From: Amphiscolops sp. MND2022
Taxonomy: Eukaryota
DNA: 64,000 bases
NCBI GenBank assembly: GCA_964187785.1
Contig: OZ076414.1
Location: 23,498,001 to 23,562,000, forward strand
Reading direction: 5' to 3'
The notes beneath the pieces are model-generated. The model was not told where the DNA came from. It did not search any database and saw only the letters and a list, made by a program, of their open reading frames with translations. Positions 23,455-35,440 of the stretch are shown piece after piece; the stretch's first letter is position 1; every line of letters starts with the position of its first letter. A program made the translations under genes and the position numbers.

Positions 23455-25291
23455 TTTCTCGTGTTTTTCAGGGTGTGTTGGAGTGTATAGGTTTCTTTTT
23501 TGCTCTGCTTCACTGTTTTTTGGTACCTGCCAAGTCGACCATTTCTTTTGTCGATACTTTGTACGAAGTTCTACAAATGTTGCATTGCAACCAATATCTG
23601 TCATCATCAAATAGGTTTCTAATTTTGTGCTTAATTGTTTCAACAGGTTTTGTGAGCAGCCTGAAAAAAGTTGACGTGTAAAAACTCTGGCAAGTATCTT
23701 GAAGAAAAAGTGCAAATCCAAGTAAAATTGAAGTTATTGATAGTTCTTTGAATTGAAAATGCCTTTCAAGAGCAAAAATTTGCTCTTTTTGTCGAAAGTT
23801 ATACATTCCTATTGGTTGAAAAAAAATTGATAACCTTTCTAAAATTTTGATGGGATATTTTTATTTTAAAAAGCCCTTTTTGTAAATTTTAAGCTGTGAA
23901 ATTAACAGTATACAACAAGTATTTTTTTCAAGAAAATCAATACAAGATACCTTTGGAAAAACTTTTGCCTCAAGCAAGATATTTTTTCGAAGAAGTTGGT
24001 TTTAGTTTGTTTTTTTCTCCGAAACAAATGTGTGTTATGTTAAACGGATTTAGTAGGTTTCATGAAACTGTGTAATATTATTGTCGTCAAAACTACAATA
24101 CATGTGACTTCCATGTAGACTTTCAAGAGTTTTTAAATTAGATTTTTAATATGCATGAGAAACGTTCCGGATTTTATTCATTCCGTCCAGCGTCAAAATT
24201 TACTGTGCCAAATGTAAGAGCAATAAAAAAATACTCGCATTTTATTGATTTCTATGTTTTTTTTCTATGTTTTCAACTCAATTAATTTTGTTTTAAAGTC
24301 TTGTCAAATTAATAACCAGATTGAATATTTAAAAAAACTTCTCAAGATCAACCTAGCGCTGACGATATTGGCCCTTGAGTAGCTGGTGAAATGCACAGAA
24401 ACTGATTTTTGAAAAAGTTCAGTTTTTGGTGTAAAAGAGTTGAAGATCATTGAGCATGACAAACACAATACAACTCATTAGCACTATTTTAATGTTTTTA
24501 AAATACATTCTACCCTTTAAGTAATGAGAGATCTAGGCTCTGATAAGAAATCAACTGATACTCAGACTGGAACGGTGAAACACTAGCGCCTGGTTGGGCG
24601 AATAATACTAGCACACTCTTTACAGTTACCATTTTAGTAAAACACGTGAATTCAACTTCAAATTACTCTTTATTAGCAAATAAGTCAATATTAGTCAATA
24701 TTAGCAAATGAAATATAGGGAAATTAGGAAAGAAGACGCTCACCATGTCAAAAGTTATGTGCCATTATTCAGTATCTCTTCGACTTCCGGATCTTACGAA
24801 TAATAACCCCAAACATCCCTAATGGTAATAGTTCCCTAACAGAACCTGCTTCTGGAACGGCATGCACAAAGTCCTTAAGCAAGAATTGGTTTTTCGACAT
24901 AAAATAAACAGACTATCTTCAAATTGGACCAAATTTTAATGAAAAGCCAAAAGAGAGTGCGAATCTAAATTAGTTAAATTAGGTTTTCATTTAAGTGCTA
25001 TAAGAGGCACTCCCAAGTGCAACCTAATGAAGAACAGGCCACCCAACCTAAGTTAAGGGGGGTGGGAGTTGTCGTTCAAAAGATCACGAAGTTCTATACA
25101 GGCATCTTTGATGAGTGGTAATTATCTATCTGAAAACAGTGTTTTCGGTTGTTACACCCCATTGTATGTTACACAAACTGTGTTTCAGATCAACTAGGTT
25201 GTTTTTATCACAGAGTTTTTGTATAACATCAGTGTTGTCTTCTTAGAAATTAGATTATATTTCTTCTAATACGTTTTTTGATACAGAGTTT

Positions 25292-25544
25292 TCATCCCAT
25301 GTGAATGATATTGAGTACTTTGTAGGCTTCCTCGAGGTGGTAAATCCTCTCTCTCAGTCTCTCCCGTTCCTCCACAACTTTTTCATCTTCCACAATCACT
25401 TTGAGGTACTCCTCTGAGTTTTTACTCCACAATTGACCCATGAGCTCTTCCCACTTTCTCAGTTTGTCACAAACGCAGTGTCTCACCAGAAGGTGCACCT
25501 GGTCTTTCAGTCTTTTCTCCAGAATGGTCCAGTATATGTACAGA
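25292..25544 (-). CDS. Mx/dynamin-like GTPase, last exon (GTPase effector domain, GED)
   Basis: Acceptor gttgtttttag|T at 25545/25544 (phase 2). LYIYWTILEKRLKDQVHLLVRH...EDEKVVEERERLRERIYHLEEAYKVL is GED-like; TGA at 25294-25292. Confidence 0.9.
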
Positions 25545-25796
25545 CTAAAAACAACATAACATAAGAATAGAGTTCTGGTTAGACAATTCAAGGAAACCAA
25601 TCGGTGATCACCACCGGTTTTCCGACTGCATCGCAACACAACAATCAAATGTACCTACTTGCATCAACGTGTAATCTCAAGAACTTGAAACCTTCTGGCA
25701 GATGTACAATCTCATAAATCAGGGGTGGAACCAATGATACCTGACTAAGATTTGATTTTTCAATACAAGACTTGTTGAAGCAGTTGAAATAAGTAC

Positions 25797-26076
25797 CTTG
25801 CTTGAATCATGAATGCTTTTGTTTTCTGAATCTGTGAATGATTCTCGAGCACATCTTTCAGGTCACTGAAATACAGATTTCTTTTGCCAATTGTCATCGC
25901 GATCTTGTCGTCTAAACTAATAAAGCGATCTTTTTTTGATCCATATTCTTTGATGGCTTTGTTCAAGAGTTCATCCACTTTTGTGATTTCTTCCGTATAG
26001 CTCGAATCAGTTGTATAAGGTCCGCTTTCTACTTCTGCATTAATCAACACGGCCAAATGAACTGATGCTTTCTCAC
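25797..26076 (-). CDS. Mx/dynamin-like GTPase exon (end of middle domain/L4 region to GED start)
   Basis: Acceptor tatttcag|GT at 26077/26076; donor AG|gtactt at 25797/25796; 280 nt, phase 1 to 2. EKASVHLAVLINAEVESGPYTTDSSY resembles Mx E..I..E....Y..D..Y. Confidence 0.88.
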
Positions 26077-29000
26077 CTGAAATACTGCGAATATGTGAAT
26101 GATTGAAATCATTTCAAGATGAGATCGGAGTTGATAACACCATGAAGTAACAGCAGAACTATACAGACCTGAAGATCGAATAAATTAATATGATTTCTAA
26201 TTTGTGAGATTTTTACTCACCTAAAAAAATGAGTTGCTCAATTTTACTAAGTAGAGATGGTAATATTCATTTTATAATAATTGAACGGTGATCAGTTACG
26301 TAAACAAATGAAACGATAACTTAGCTTAAAGCACGCTCACGGTGTACGAAAAGCAGCAAAGCCAATAGCAGTTATGATGGACGGACGCGGTCAAGGGTAT
26401 TAACGGTCACAGGTAAAAAGTTCATACCAAAGTTCAAAGTCGTTTTTCTCAAAACTGGTAATAGATAGAAGCAAACAAGTTTCACTATTGTAAACTACAC
26501 CACACGGAAAAGCTTTCCTGTCGATCTGAAATCTAAAAACTATTCAAAATGAGCGTTCAATTTTCCGTAAGACCAGAACAATGAGACTTTCCAAATTTTT
26601 TGTTTATTCGCAACGTGGAAGCTGCACAAAATTGAAAGCGCATTGAAAACGAAGAGCAAGAAACGGAGCAGAACACAATGAGAGTGAGTTTGGAACATTT
26701 TTCTGACAATCTCGAAGAGGCGCTCAATGAAGAGGCACTTGAATTGAATCATAATATCACATCCTTGGTTTTTCCCACGCTTCTTAAGTGGCTACGAATG
26801 GAAACTACTGGCCATTCTCAACAAACTTAGCCAACCGATCGTTACTAACAGTGCCGCAAATGGTGATGATTAAGTTACATAGAAGAATTCCTGTAAAAGT
26901 AAAAACATGATTGACAGAAACAAAGTAAATAGGAGTCTCATGACTAGCCTCTCGTCATAAAGGTGACTAAAGCCCCCGAACAAAAACTGAAGTACAAAAA
27001 TTGGCCATATTCCCGCGGCCACAAAGTCATTGCAGAGCCAGAGAGGAAAGTTCACTACTTTGTTGTCGAAAAAACCATAGATTTTGAAGATTAGGAATCT
27101 CTTCGCCAGGTTTTGTTGAGATTCATTTTCTAACGCCGTGTGATTCACGTTTGACGAACATAGAGAATTGCCGTATGATAGCTCAAAAAGATCTCAGCGG
27201 GAAAGGATACAGTCGAATAGTGTGATGTTGGTAGACTTCACTCCGAGAACCTTAGAAAACTGTGGGGTTTTTGGACAACTTCTCATCGAATAATTCAGTC
27301 ACCCTACAATTCTTCCTTCGGAAACACTCTTTTTCCTCCGGGATGGCTGATTTGTTTTCTGTGTATTTTTCCTAATGTGTTACCAGATTATTCGAAGTGT
27401 ATTATTGACAATCTGGATTGTTATGATTATTAGAATTGTTGTAGTAACACTTCACTATTATTTGATGTTTTCGTAAAGGTGAAGACTTGTCTTCCGCTAA
27501 AGTAACCTTTTCCAATAGCCTGACACACTAGACACCCTTTTAGAAACTTAACAGTTTAACCTGAGACCAAGCTCTATATGATGCTATAGTTGATAGTGGT
27601 ACACTATACTTTACTTCCTTTGGAACACCACTTTGGAAGGTCTTCTGCATAGTGTTTTCCTTTCCCGAATAGTTTGCGCTTTTTAAATGATTACCCACGA
27701 GTGCTAAAACAAATTCACTGATATCATGCTGGGCGTTTTTCATAAAGCTTTCATCAAGTCAATGATCAAAAATCCAAACTAACACTAAAATGTAAATGAA
27801 AACTACAAAAAGTTACCGATTAAACCAGAGAAACACCCGGGAATTTTTTCACGCTTGTTCAACTTCCTGGCCGGTAAAAGCAATTGAGTCAGTCCCGCGT
27901 GCTTTTGATGAAACATTATTAAGCTGAGCAGCACCCCATTCGACATGGATGAAAGAGAAGAAATGAAAGAGAAGTTGTAGCAACGTCAGGCAGCAATCGC
28001 AATCAGATTCAAGCTGATTCGACAATTAAAAAAGTAAAAACTTGAAAGTGTATGCTGGAAGGGTCCCCAATCTAGGGGAACCAGCTTATCTGAGAAAATA
28101 CTGGTGGAAGTTGTACCCGTTTCATGCGCTCAAATCATAGAACTTTTTGATTCTCGAGTGTAACGAAAAATTTTTTAAAAAGACGAAACATAAAGAAGGT
28201 TTTTTAAAATCTTTCAAAGAGCACAGGAACTTGAATTTATTTTTTAAAAAAGCCAAAAACAAAGGTCCTTGAGGACAGCATTTTAACGTGTTACAAGCTA
28301 GTCATTCTAATTCGAATAACCACCAATCGCTCAAATCGACAAAACGCTCACTGCCTTACAGACCTCGATGACTAATATTTCAAGTAGTTTGTTTAGACAG
28401 ACTAGGCGCTAGATTCTGCAAACAGACAGACCTCTTTGTAAAACAAATGCACGATCTAGGTACTTCCATCTCCACAGCGAGTTTGGGGGCAGTGAGGAGT
28501 GCGCACAGAGGTGGCGGTGGAGTCTCAACAGCGGCAGTCTCAACCCCTACTTTCTCAGTTATCTCCCAACAGTACGGTTTCAGGCACCAAAGACTCGGGA
28601 CATGGAACTGTATCGAATCCCCCGTCTGTACCTGAATGCTATAACTCTAAGGAAGGATAATTTGCCCGAGACTTGCCCGCAAAACGCTAAACAGGACTAC
28701 TTAAACTGGAAACGGCCGGTTGCGCAGTAGCAGATTCCAACCGCGCTAGATACCCGTTTTCCTTTAGGTCTGCAACGATTGCTTATACAAATCACAACAC
28801 CTTGTGTGCCCGATCGCGCTCCCGGAGCGATGGAATTCATTACGGAATCAATAACAGGTCGCGTTACGTAAATCCAAAGAATGGGATGAGATGTGCTAAG
28901 ACTCCGGACCCAGTGGATTTTGTACCAACCTCTATCCCTCAATTTTTAATACGTCCACAAAAAAACCTCGGGAAAAAGTGTCCATTCTCTAGACCCAGGA

Positions 29001-30511
29001 TCCGTGAAAACCCATCTGAAAGGAGACCCGGCAGCACATGGAAAAGCCTATATCAAAACGAATGACGATAAGGCCTCACATTTCCTGCCAATTCAGGACT
29101 ACCAACCAAAGATGGCACTGAAATTCATGACCCTAGCAGCTGACGTGGGCAAACGAATGACATGTCCTTCGAAAACTGTAAACAAATCAAGTACAGCACT
29201 ATTGAATGAAATTGAAAAAAGCAACACGACTAAATCAATTAGTTTAACACGAGAGGTTGTTATAGTCATTTTCACACCGGTATTACAAAATTGCATTTCC
29301 ACAAATTTTGGTTTTGGACGGTTTTTCACGCGATTCGGCTTGCATTTCATTTCCGAGTAGACTGAATGGATAGTTGAATCCATGAATAAAACATCGAATT
29401 TCTTTTTTAAAAACACAAAAGTGATAGTATATGATCAACCTTGGTTAAAAAGACTCGGTAATAATGTTCTACAAAATTTCCTGCTTGATTATTTTATTTG
29501 CTAGGACATTCTTTCGATTATTGGTCGATGCATCGTTTAATTTGAATTTGTCGGACTGTCGACTAAGTTGCTACCTCAGCTTTCGTTGACTAGCGCGCTA
29601 CCTGGCTGTGTTGTTGGTGTGTACTCGCTGCCATTCTTTTGCTCAATTCGGATTGGATGATAATGTGGTTAAATTGTTAAGTTCTGCGGCAGCGTCGTAG
29701 GCAGCCTACTCAGCAGTCACTTCCTGGCCCGCATACCAAGCGTGCTGCTCGCTTCCCGAGTGTGTGTGCTGTCCATTCTATTGTTTGTTTTCTTGATGAT
29801 TAGAGTCAGGTGCGTGATGTTTAGAGTCATATAATTTATATTAGTTATATTGGTACGTATGAATAGTTTCAGGATAATTTGATGTATGTGGTTTTATTAA
29901 CTTCCGTTATTCTTACTTTCCAGCGCTGGGTGGTAGGTTTCCTTTCCTTTCGACTGCGTTTCTTTCCCCAAAGCGCTAACGGGGTGTGACTATCTTCTTG
30001 TTTTGAAAGATTTGTTTAATTCAGTTCTGGCAGTTCGAAGTCGTGTTATCGGTGCTTTTTGTTGAAAAATCCGGTTATGGCAAAAAATTTTTTTTGATTA
30101 CATTTTTTTCGTTTGCTGTTCTCTTGACACACTTGCAAGATGGTACCTATTCCTATGCAAGTTTTCACGAAAATGCAAAAAGTTTGTCAAGAAACCACAG
30201 AGTTTCCGCGCTGGAAACATTCACAAACTTGAAACAAAATTGACTGATTCGTGAAATGTTCTCTCTGATAATTTCCAAAGAAACATGTTGCGTTGAATTT
30301 TGCTTTTTGCGCAAGAAGGTAAAGTCAATTGAATAAATAGTCCATCTGAAATTCTTTTTGACACGAAATCCGCTCAAGGTGCTAATCGGACGAAAAAAAG
30401 GTATTCCAAAGCTAAAACGTCCTTTCAAACAAACATCCACAGGTTTTATGAGCAGAGTTATGTGAATCAGTTATGAATGCAAAAGCTTTTGTCACTGCTC
30501 AACAGCTACAT

Positions 30512-32440
30512 CCCAGTGACACGAATCTTGGTAGCCTTGCCAAGATCTTGGAAAAACATGGAAACGCATGGTAGGCTTACCAAGACGCATGGAAAAACAT
30601 GATGCATGCTACGCTTGGTAAGATCTTGGCAAGATCTTGACAAGCGTTCCATGTGGAAATGCTTGCCAAGATCATGGCAAGATCTTATCAAGATCTTGGC
30701 AAGCAAATGATATGAAGATCTCTTCTTCAGAAAAACTGAAAAAAAACTTGTTTAACCCAATCTAATTGTCATTACATTTAGAAGAATTATGTTGCGCATA
30801 TCAAATATGATGGCAACATCTTAACAAGGCTAGAAGAACTAATTCTAAGTCAAAAAACGCAGTTTACGATCTAGTCTAGGTATCGTTACACCTTGAACCA
30901 AAGTCAATATGAATTAAGGATGTACCTAGAACGTTCCTAGAAACAAATCAGAGAGGGGAAGCTATAATTATCGCAAAGTTATTGGAACATTCAAGCTTTT
31001 TCCAGATCAACACTATTGTTTTCGAGTATCGCAATTTTTGTTTTTTACGTAGTTTTTCATGTTTCATGTTTTGAAATGTTTCCAGGTACATGCGACAACT
31101 TCAGCATTGTCCCCTGTAGTGCTGGAACTGCTCAGATCTCGAAGACTGCCATCATAACTCAACTCAACACAATTGTTTTTCGGGCTCTTGCAGATACTCT
31201 TCCATGTCGGGCGATGTTCGAGTTAAAAATGACAGTTTCGTTTGCATGCCTTTAGTATATGCTTGATATACATTCTGAGTGGCTGTTTTGGCGTGCTGTG
31301 AGAGTTTCGAAATGGTTTTCGACTCTTCCATGTCCTCTTTTCGAGTATCGCCATTTTTTTATGTAGTTCTTCACAATTCATGTTTTCGAATGTTTCCAGG
31401 GACACGAAACAACTTATGCAGCCTCGTCGCCTGTGGTGATTGGACTTCTCGGATCTCAGCGTCTTTCAGCAGTACTCATTATTTGTTGGATGGTAAGTTT
31501 CTCTCTTGTTTTTGAAGACGTTTTTTTGTAAATTGCGTTCCTGCCCAATGGAACCCGTAGGCCTGGCAGAGTCTTTGAAACCTTTGACTAGTTCGATTTT
31601 TTTCGTTTGCAAGTTTTTCATTGTTCTCTTTTGCTTTCTTTTCATTTCGAATGATTTGCTTCTCCACTTCGTAGAAAATTTGGAAAATGTGTTCCTAACT
31701 TGAGAAAAATGTACTTCGCAACGCTAGAGCGGAACATTCAAGCTTTTTCCAGATCAACAACTACTCTTTTCGAGTATCGCATTTTTTTATGTAGTTCTTC
31801 ACAATTCATGTTTTGAAATGTTTCCAGGTACATGCGACAACTTCAGCATCGTCCCCTGTAGTGCTTGAACTGCTCAGATCTCGAAGACTGCCATCAGAAC
31901 TCATTCTTTGTTTAATGGATAATATATCTCCAGCTTTCGAAGTTTTGCAAATTGTGTTGCTGTCCGTGGAAGAAGCAAACTCCATTTGTCAAACTTTCGC
32001 ATGATTTTCCAATTTTCTTTGGTGCTGCAACTACAATACTTACTGTTATAATATTTGAAAATCGAAACAATTAAATTTTGGTTATTCCAGTTTTCGAAAA
32101 TATTCAATATAAAATCTCAAATGGCTCAAAAACACACGTAGAACGTATTAAGCTTTGCAAGTTACAACGAAAATCTTGGAATGCTTTGCAAAATGCATGA
32201 AAAAATCCTGGTTGGATTGGCAAGATGGATAGAAAAATCTTGGTATGCTTGGCAAGACACATGGAAAAGCTTGGTAAGATACATGGAAAATCTTGGTACG
32301 CTTGGTAAGACGCATGGTCAGCCTTGCCATGATCTTGCATGATCATGGTAGCCTTGGTAAGATCTTGGCAAGATCTTGCCAAGATCTTGGCAAGCATACC
32401 CATGCATCTTGGCAAGCGTGCCAAGATTCGTGTCACTGGG
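30512..32440. mobile_element. Non-autonomous CMC (CACTA/EnSpm-type) DNA transposon
   Basis: Perfect 20-bp TIR CCCAGTGACACGAATCTTGG (30512-30531 / 32421-32440), fitting the CMCWR terminus; 2-bp TSD AT (30510-30511, 32441-32442); subterminal arrays of (CC)AAGATCTTGG motifs; internal duplication 30984-31161 / 31731-31903; no transposase ORF. Confidence 0.8.
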
Positions 32441-33040
32441 ATGAGACCCGAGAGCAGCACAAAGAATGCAAACAAGGTCCGAAGCCAATCCAAACTCTAA
32501 AACTAATCTTGCAACACTTTTGTTTGTTTTTGGTTTTTTTATTGATGTCATTTAAATACTATACTTAGAACAATATCATCGCCATAAATAGGCTCTCGCG
32601 TTTACATTTCATGAGTGATCCTAAAACACTTTGAGAACTAAAATATTGCATCTTGAAATTAGTGAGTCATATGAGTTGAGAGAAGATGCAATAAAGTGAT
32701 TGCAAAGCTATCTAATGAATATTTGTGCTAATAATTATACGTCAACATACGCTTCGAGATCCAATGAGTATGCCGCATCCTACAATTCGATGCTAAACGA
32801 ATACTCGCAATCATGCGTTTTATCACTATGCCGTAACCTACGTTTTGATGCCAGATGAAAACTCCTCAGGATGCGTTTTTGCCATGATTGGCTATCCAAT
32901 GTGAATAAAAAATTTATTGCTGGTTACATTTGCAATACCTTTTCATACGTCGCTCTTTACTATTTTTAGAGTCCCGTCATATTTCGATTGTCATGAAGAA
33001 GAATATAAGTAACTTGACGTCCCACTGAGCTAATTTTAAG

Positions 33041-33765
33041 AGTCGGCGCCTTTTCCCCTAAGGAAAAAAGCCCGACTATTACAGTGGGTAGTTTTTTTTC
33101 CATTTCAGCTTACAATCTCACTCTAAATGGTCCACTTTTTACAATTTGTTCATCTGTTCTGTTGTTCATCTTCGACTAAATTTCTGAAGCCGGAGAGCGG
33201 GGGTTCGATTCTCGCACTAAACCATAATATTTTTATGCTTCCAAAAGTACAGCAGGTGAGACCAAAGGGTCCCCCGTCTGGGTTTTTTTCGGCACTCTGC
33301 GACTTTTTTCGAAAATTTCCGAATATCATCAAAGGGTACCCCTTGCATTTTTTGAAGTTTTCGGTTGGTAAAAAATGTTTATTGGGCCTAAATGACCTCT
33401 TTTTGGGTTTTTCGGCACTGTGCGACTTTAACCGAATACTTTTTAAAAATATATTAATTTTTTTCAAATGCTCCCAATAGTTGTTTCCGGCTTAGTGAGA
33501 CTTTTTTTCGCAAACTTTTCAAATGTCTCCAAAGGGTTCCCCCTTCAATTTTTCCTATTTTTCCAAAGAATGGATGTTCAAAAACTCCCAAATGCCCCCT
33601 TTTTCATTTGTCGGCACTATGCGACCTACCGAGGACCAAAAAAATTCGAAAACTTTCAAAAAAAATATATTTTTTTCTCACGTGGGTTTTGTAGAAGAGA
33701 ATACCTGACACATTGAAGTCCTTTTGTAGATATGGCGCCGACTTGGGCCGTTCCCGGGCTTGTTT
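33041..33765 (+). mobile_element. DINE-1/HINE-like (Helentron-associated) non-autonomous element
   Basis: 10-bp subterminal inverted repeats AGTCGGCGCC (33041-33050) / GGCGCCGACT (33734-33743); partial inverted repeat next to the 5' subTIR; short 3' hairpin-like gggccgttccc followed by a T-rich end; no TSD seen. Related copies at 52410, 8850 and ~300-380. Confidence 0.6.
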
Positions 33766-33829
33766 TTGTATTTTCTCTCCAATGACTCTCATCCAAGTGT
33801 CATGCCGTTAATTTTTTCGGAACTAAAAG

Positions 33830-34356
33830 TGTGGTGAAAATAGATCATTCGCAAAGATTTCATTTGCAGAAAGATGAGAAATGAAAGAAATAGACGGTCT
33901 TGAAGACTAGAAACACCTTCTCCTGAGAGAAATGATTAAAACTCAACTTGAAACGCCTAATACAGGTAATGAGAATTTAAATAATTCTAGTGTCAATGTT
34001 CAAGAAGTTTCAGGTGATGGTAGCTCAGAAGATCAACTGACTGAACCCAGCCGAATCAGCAAGGAAATACAAGTTTGGACTCAAATGTTTGCACAAAAGA
34101 GTAACGACAGTCACGAATCCTAGGTCTGAAACAGTAGAAACCCAAAACATTCAGCCTTCGGGATCCAAAATAGATAGGTCTATAGGAGTTCGCGCATCAA
34201 ATACCAAAAATTCGGACTCAGAAAACGAGGATTATCTTCTTAGAGACTCTGGAATGAAGGATTTGAGACATCCTGCTAAGCATTTATACAGAAGTGGACT
34301 AGATTTAAACGCAAAAATAGTTTCGAATGAGGACGCAGAGGAGGAGGATTATCACA
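33830..34356 (+). mobile_element. Solo-LTR-like unit containing an ORF (gag N-terminus-like) that runs to the right end
   Basis: Starts TGTGGTGA and ends TTATCACA. Internal frameshifted reading frame MIKTQLETPNTGNEN...EIQVWTQ...NTKNSDSENEDY...EEEDYH ends at the CA. Confidence 0.45.
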
Positions 34357-34674
34357 GCTTTGTTTTTCTGGCTTTTGTCTGACGATTCGGTGTCTTTGGT
34401 AAATCGCAGCCTTTTCTCGTTTTCCGTGTGCTGCCCGAAACACTGAACTATTCAAACGGAGGTCGCATTTTAATAGCTTTCAAAACATAAAATTTTCCTG
34501 CTAAAGTTTCTCCAGCTCTTTCAGCTAAGGTTTTAAAAACAAAGTAACCCCCCTCCTATAGTAATAATAATGAGAGATGCATATTGATGATACTGATTAG
34601 GCAAACATTCATTGTAAATGACTTTTCTCATTAGAAAAGTTATTGTCAATAGAATAATCAAGCGATATGAACGA

Positions 34675-34870
34675 GATTCGAACTTTATCGAAAATGTTTG
34701 GGCAAGAATAAAAACAAAGGTTGCAGTAAAAAAACCAATGACTCTTCAAGAGTTGTGGCAAGCCACAAAGGGAGTTTTGTACAATTCCTGACTCTCTTAT
34801 GGAGCTATTAGAAGAGTCTATTCTGAAGCAACTTGAGGCTCTGTTACGGACCCACGGACTCTCAAACAAC
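34675..34870 (+). pseudogene. Tc1/mariner transposase C-terminal remnant
   Basis: DSNFIENVWARIKTKVAVKKPMTLQELWQA matches the Tc1 motif DLNPIENVW..LK..V.......L..L; a frameshift follows. Confidence 0.75.
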
Positions 34871-35164
34871 TGTTGAATATGCCCTTGAAATTTCAAGTTT
34901 TCGTCTTTTTATAATATACGATGACTTGAAAAGAATATGGCAAAATGAAGATAGAAAGAAAAATGGCAAACCTTTTAAGGGCCACAAATCTATACATGGG
35001 ATGGATAATTTCGCTCACAAAATCATTTTTATGGGCGTACTAATTTTGGAGCTCGCTTTCTATGATATTTCAGACTTGTCCCAGTAAGTTATTGATAATA
35101 TTGATAATAGTGATAACAGGTACAGTTGTTTGTATAGTTTAAAAAACTTTATATTCTTTCTAAC

Positions 35165-35440
35165 CTAGATTGGTAATGTGTTTTTCCAAGTCACTTTGGA
35201 ACATCTTTTGAAAGTCTTCGTGTATGGGAATCTTTCTGAAACGTTGTTGTAGTAGAACGTTCACCACGTGGATTATATAATCCACCACCCCACAAAAGTC
35301 TAGTGGCTCTGCACGCTTCTTCATGAGCAGATCTTTAGTTGTAGCCCGGTAAATTCCAGAATCTGTAATCAACTTCTTGAGAGCCGCTTGCATTACAGGT
35401 GAGGACAAAAAGTTTGAGAGTGTCAGACCGCTGGTGTTTT
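35165..35440 (-). CDS. Mx/dynamin-like GTPase exon (middle/stalk domain)
   Basis: Acceptor ctttgcag|AA at 35441/35440; donor G|gttag at 35165/35164; 276 nt, phase 1 to 1. NTSGLTLSNFLSSPVMQAALKKLI resembles Mx (N)RGRELPGF....FE..VK..I. Confidence 0.88.

Noticed and set aside
23510-23640. DDRYWLQCNICR resembling a PHD-finger start
   Set aside because: Too short, no second Cys/His pair, and it sits at a contig edge.
23071-23721. ORFs of 216, 155, 90 and 80 aa listed across 23071-23721
   Set aside because: Artefacts of translating through the 200-N gap; the flanks are repeat sequence.
28400-29420. More GC-rich stretch with several ORFs, including a CxxC...H..CP-like motif
   Set aside because: All frames are interrupted and no family is recognisable; probably an old retroelement remnant.
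30512-32440. CCAAGATCTTGG arrays as a CRISPR-like array
   Set aside because: Eukaryotic context, no regular unique spacers; explained as subterminal repeats of a TIR element.
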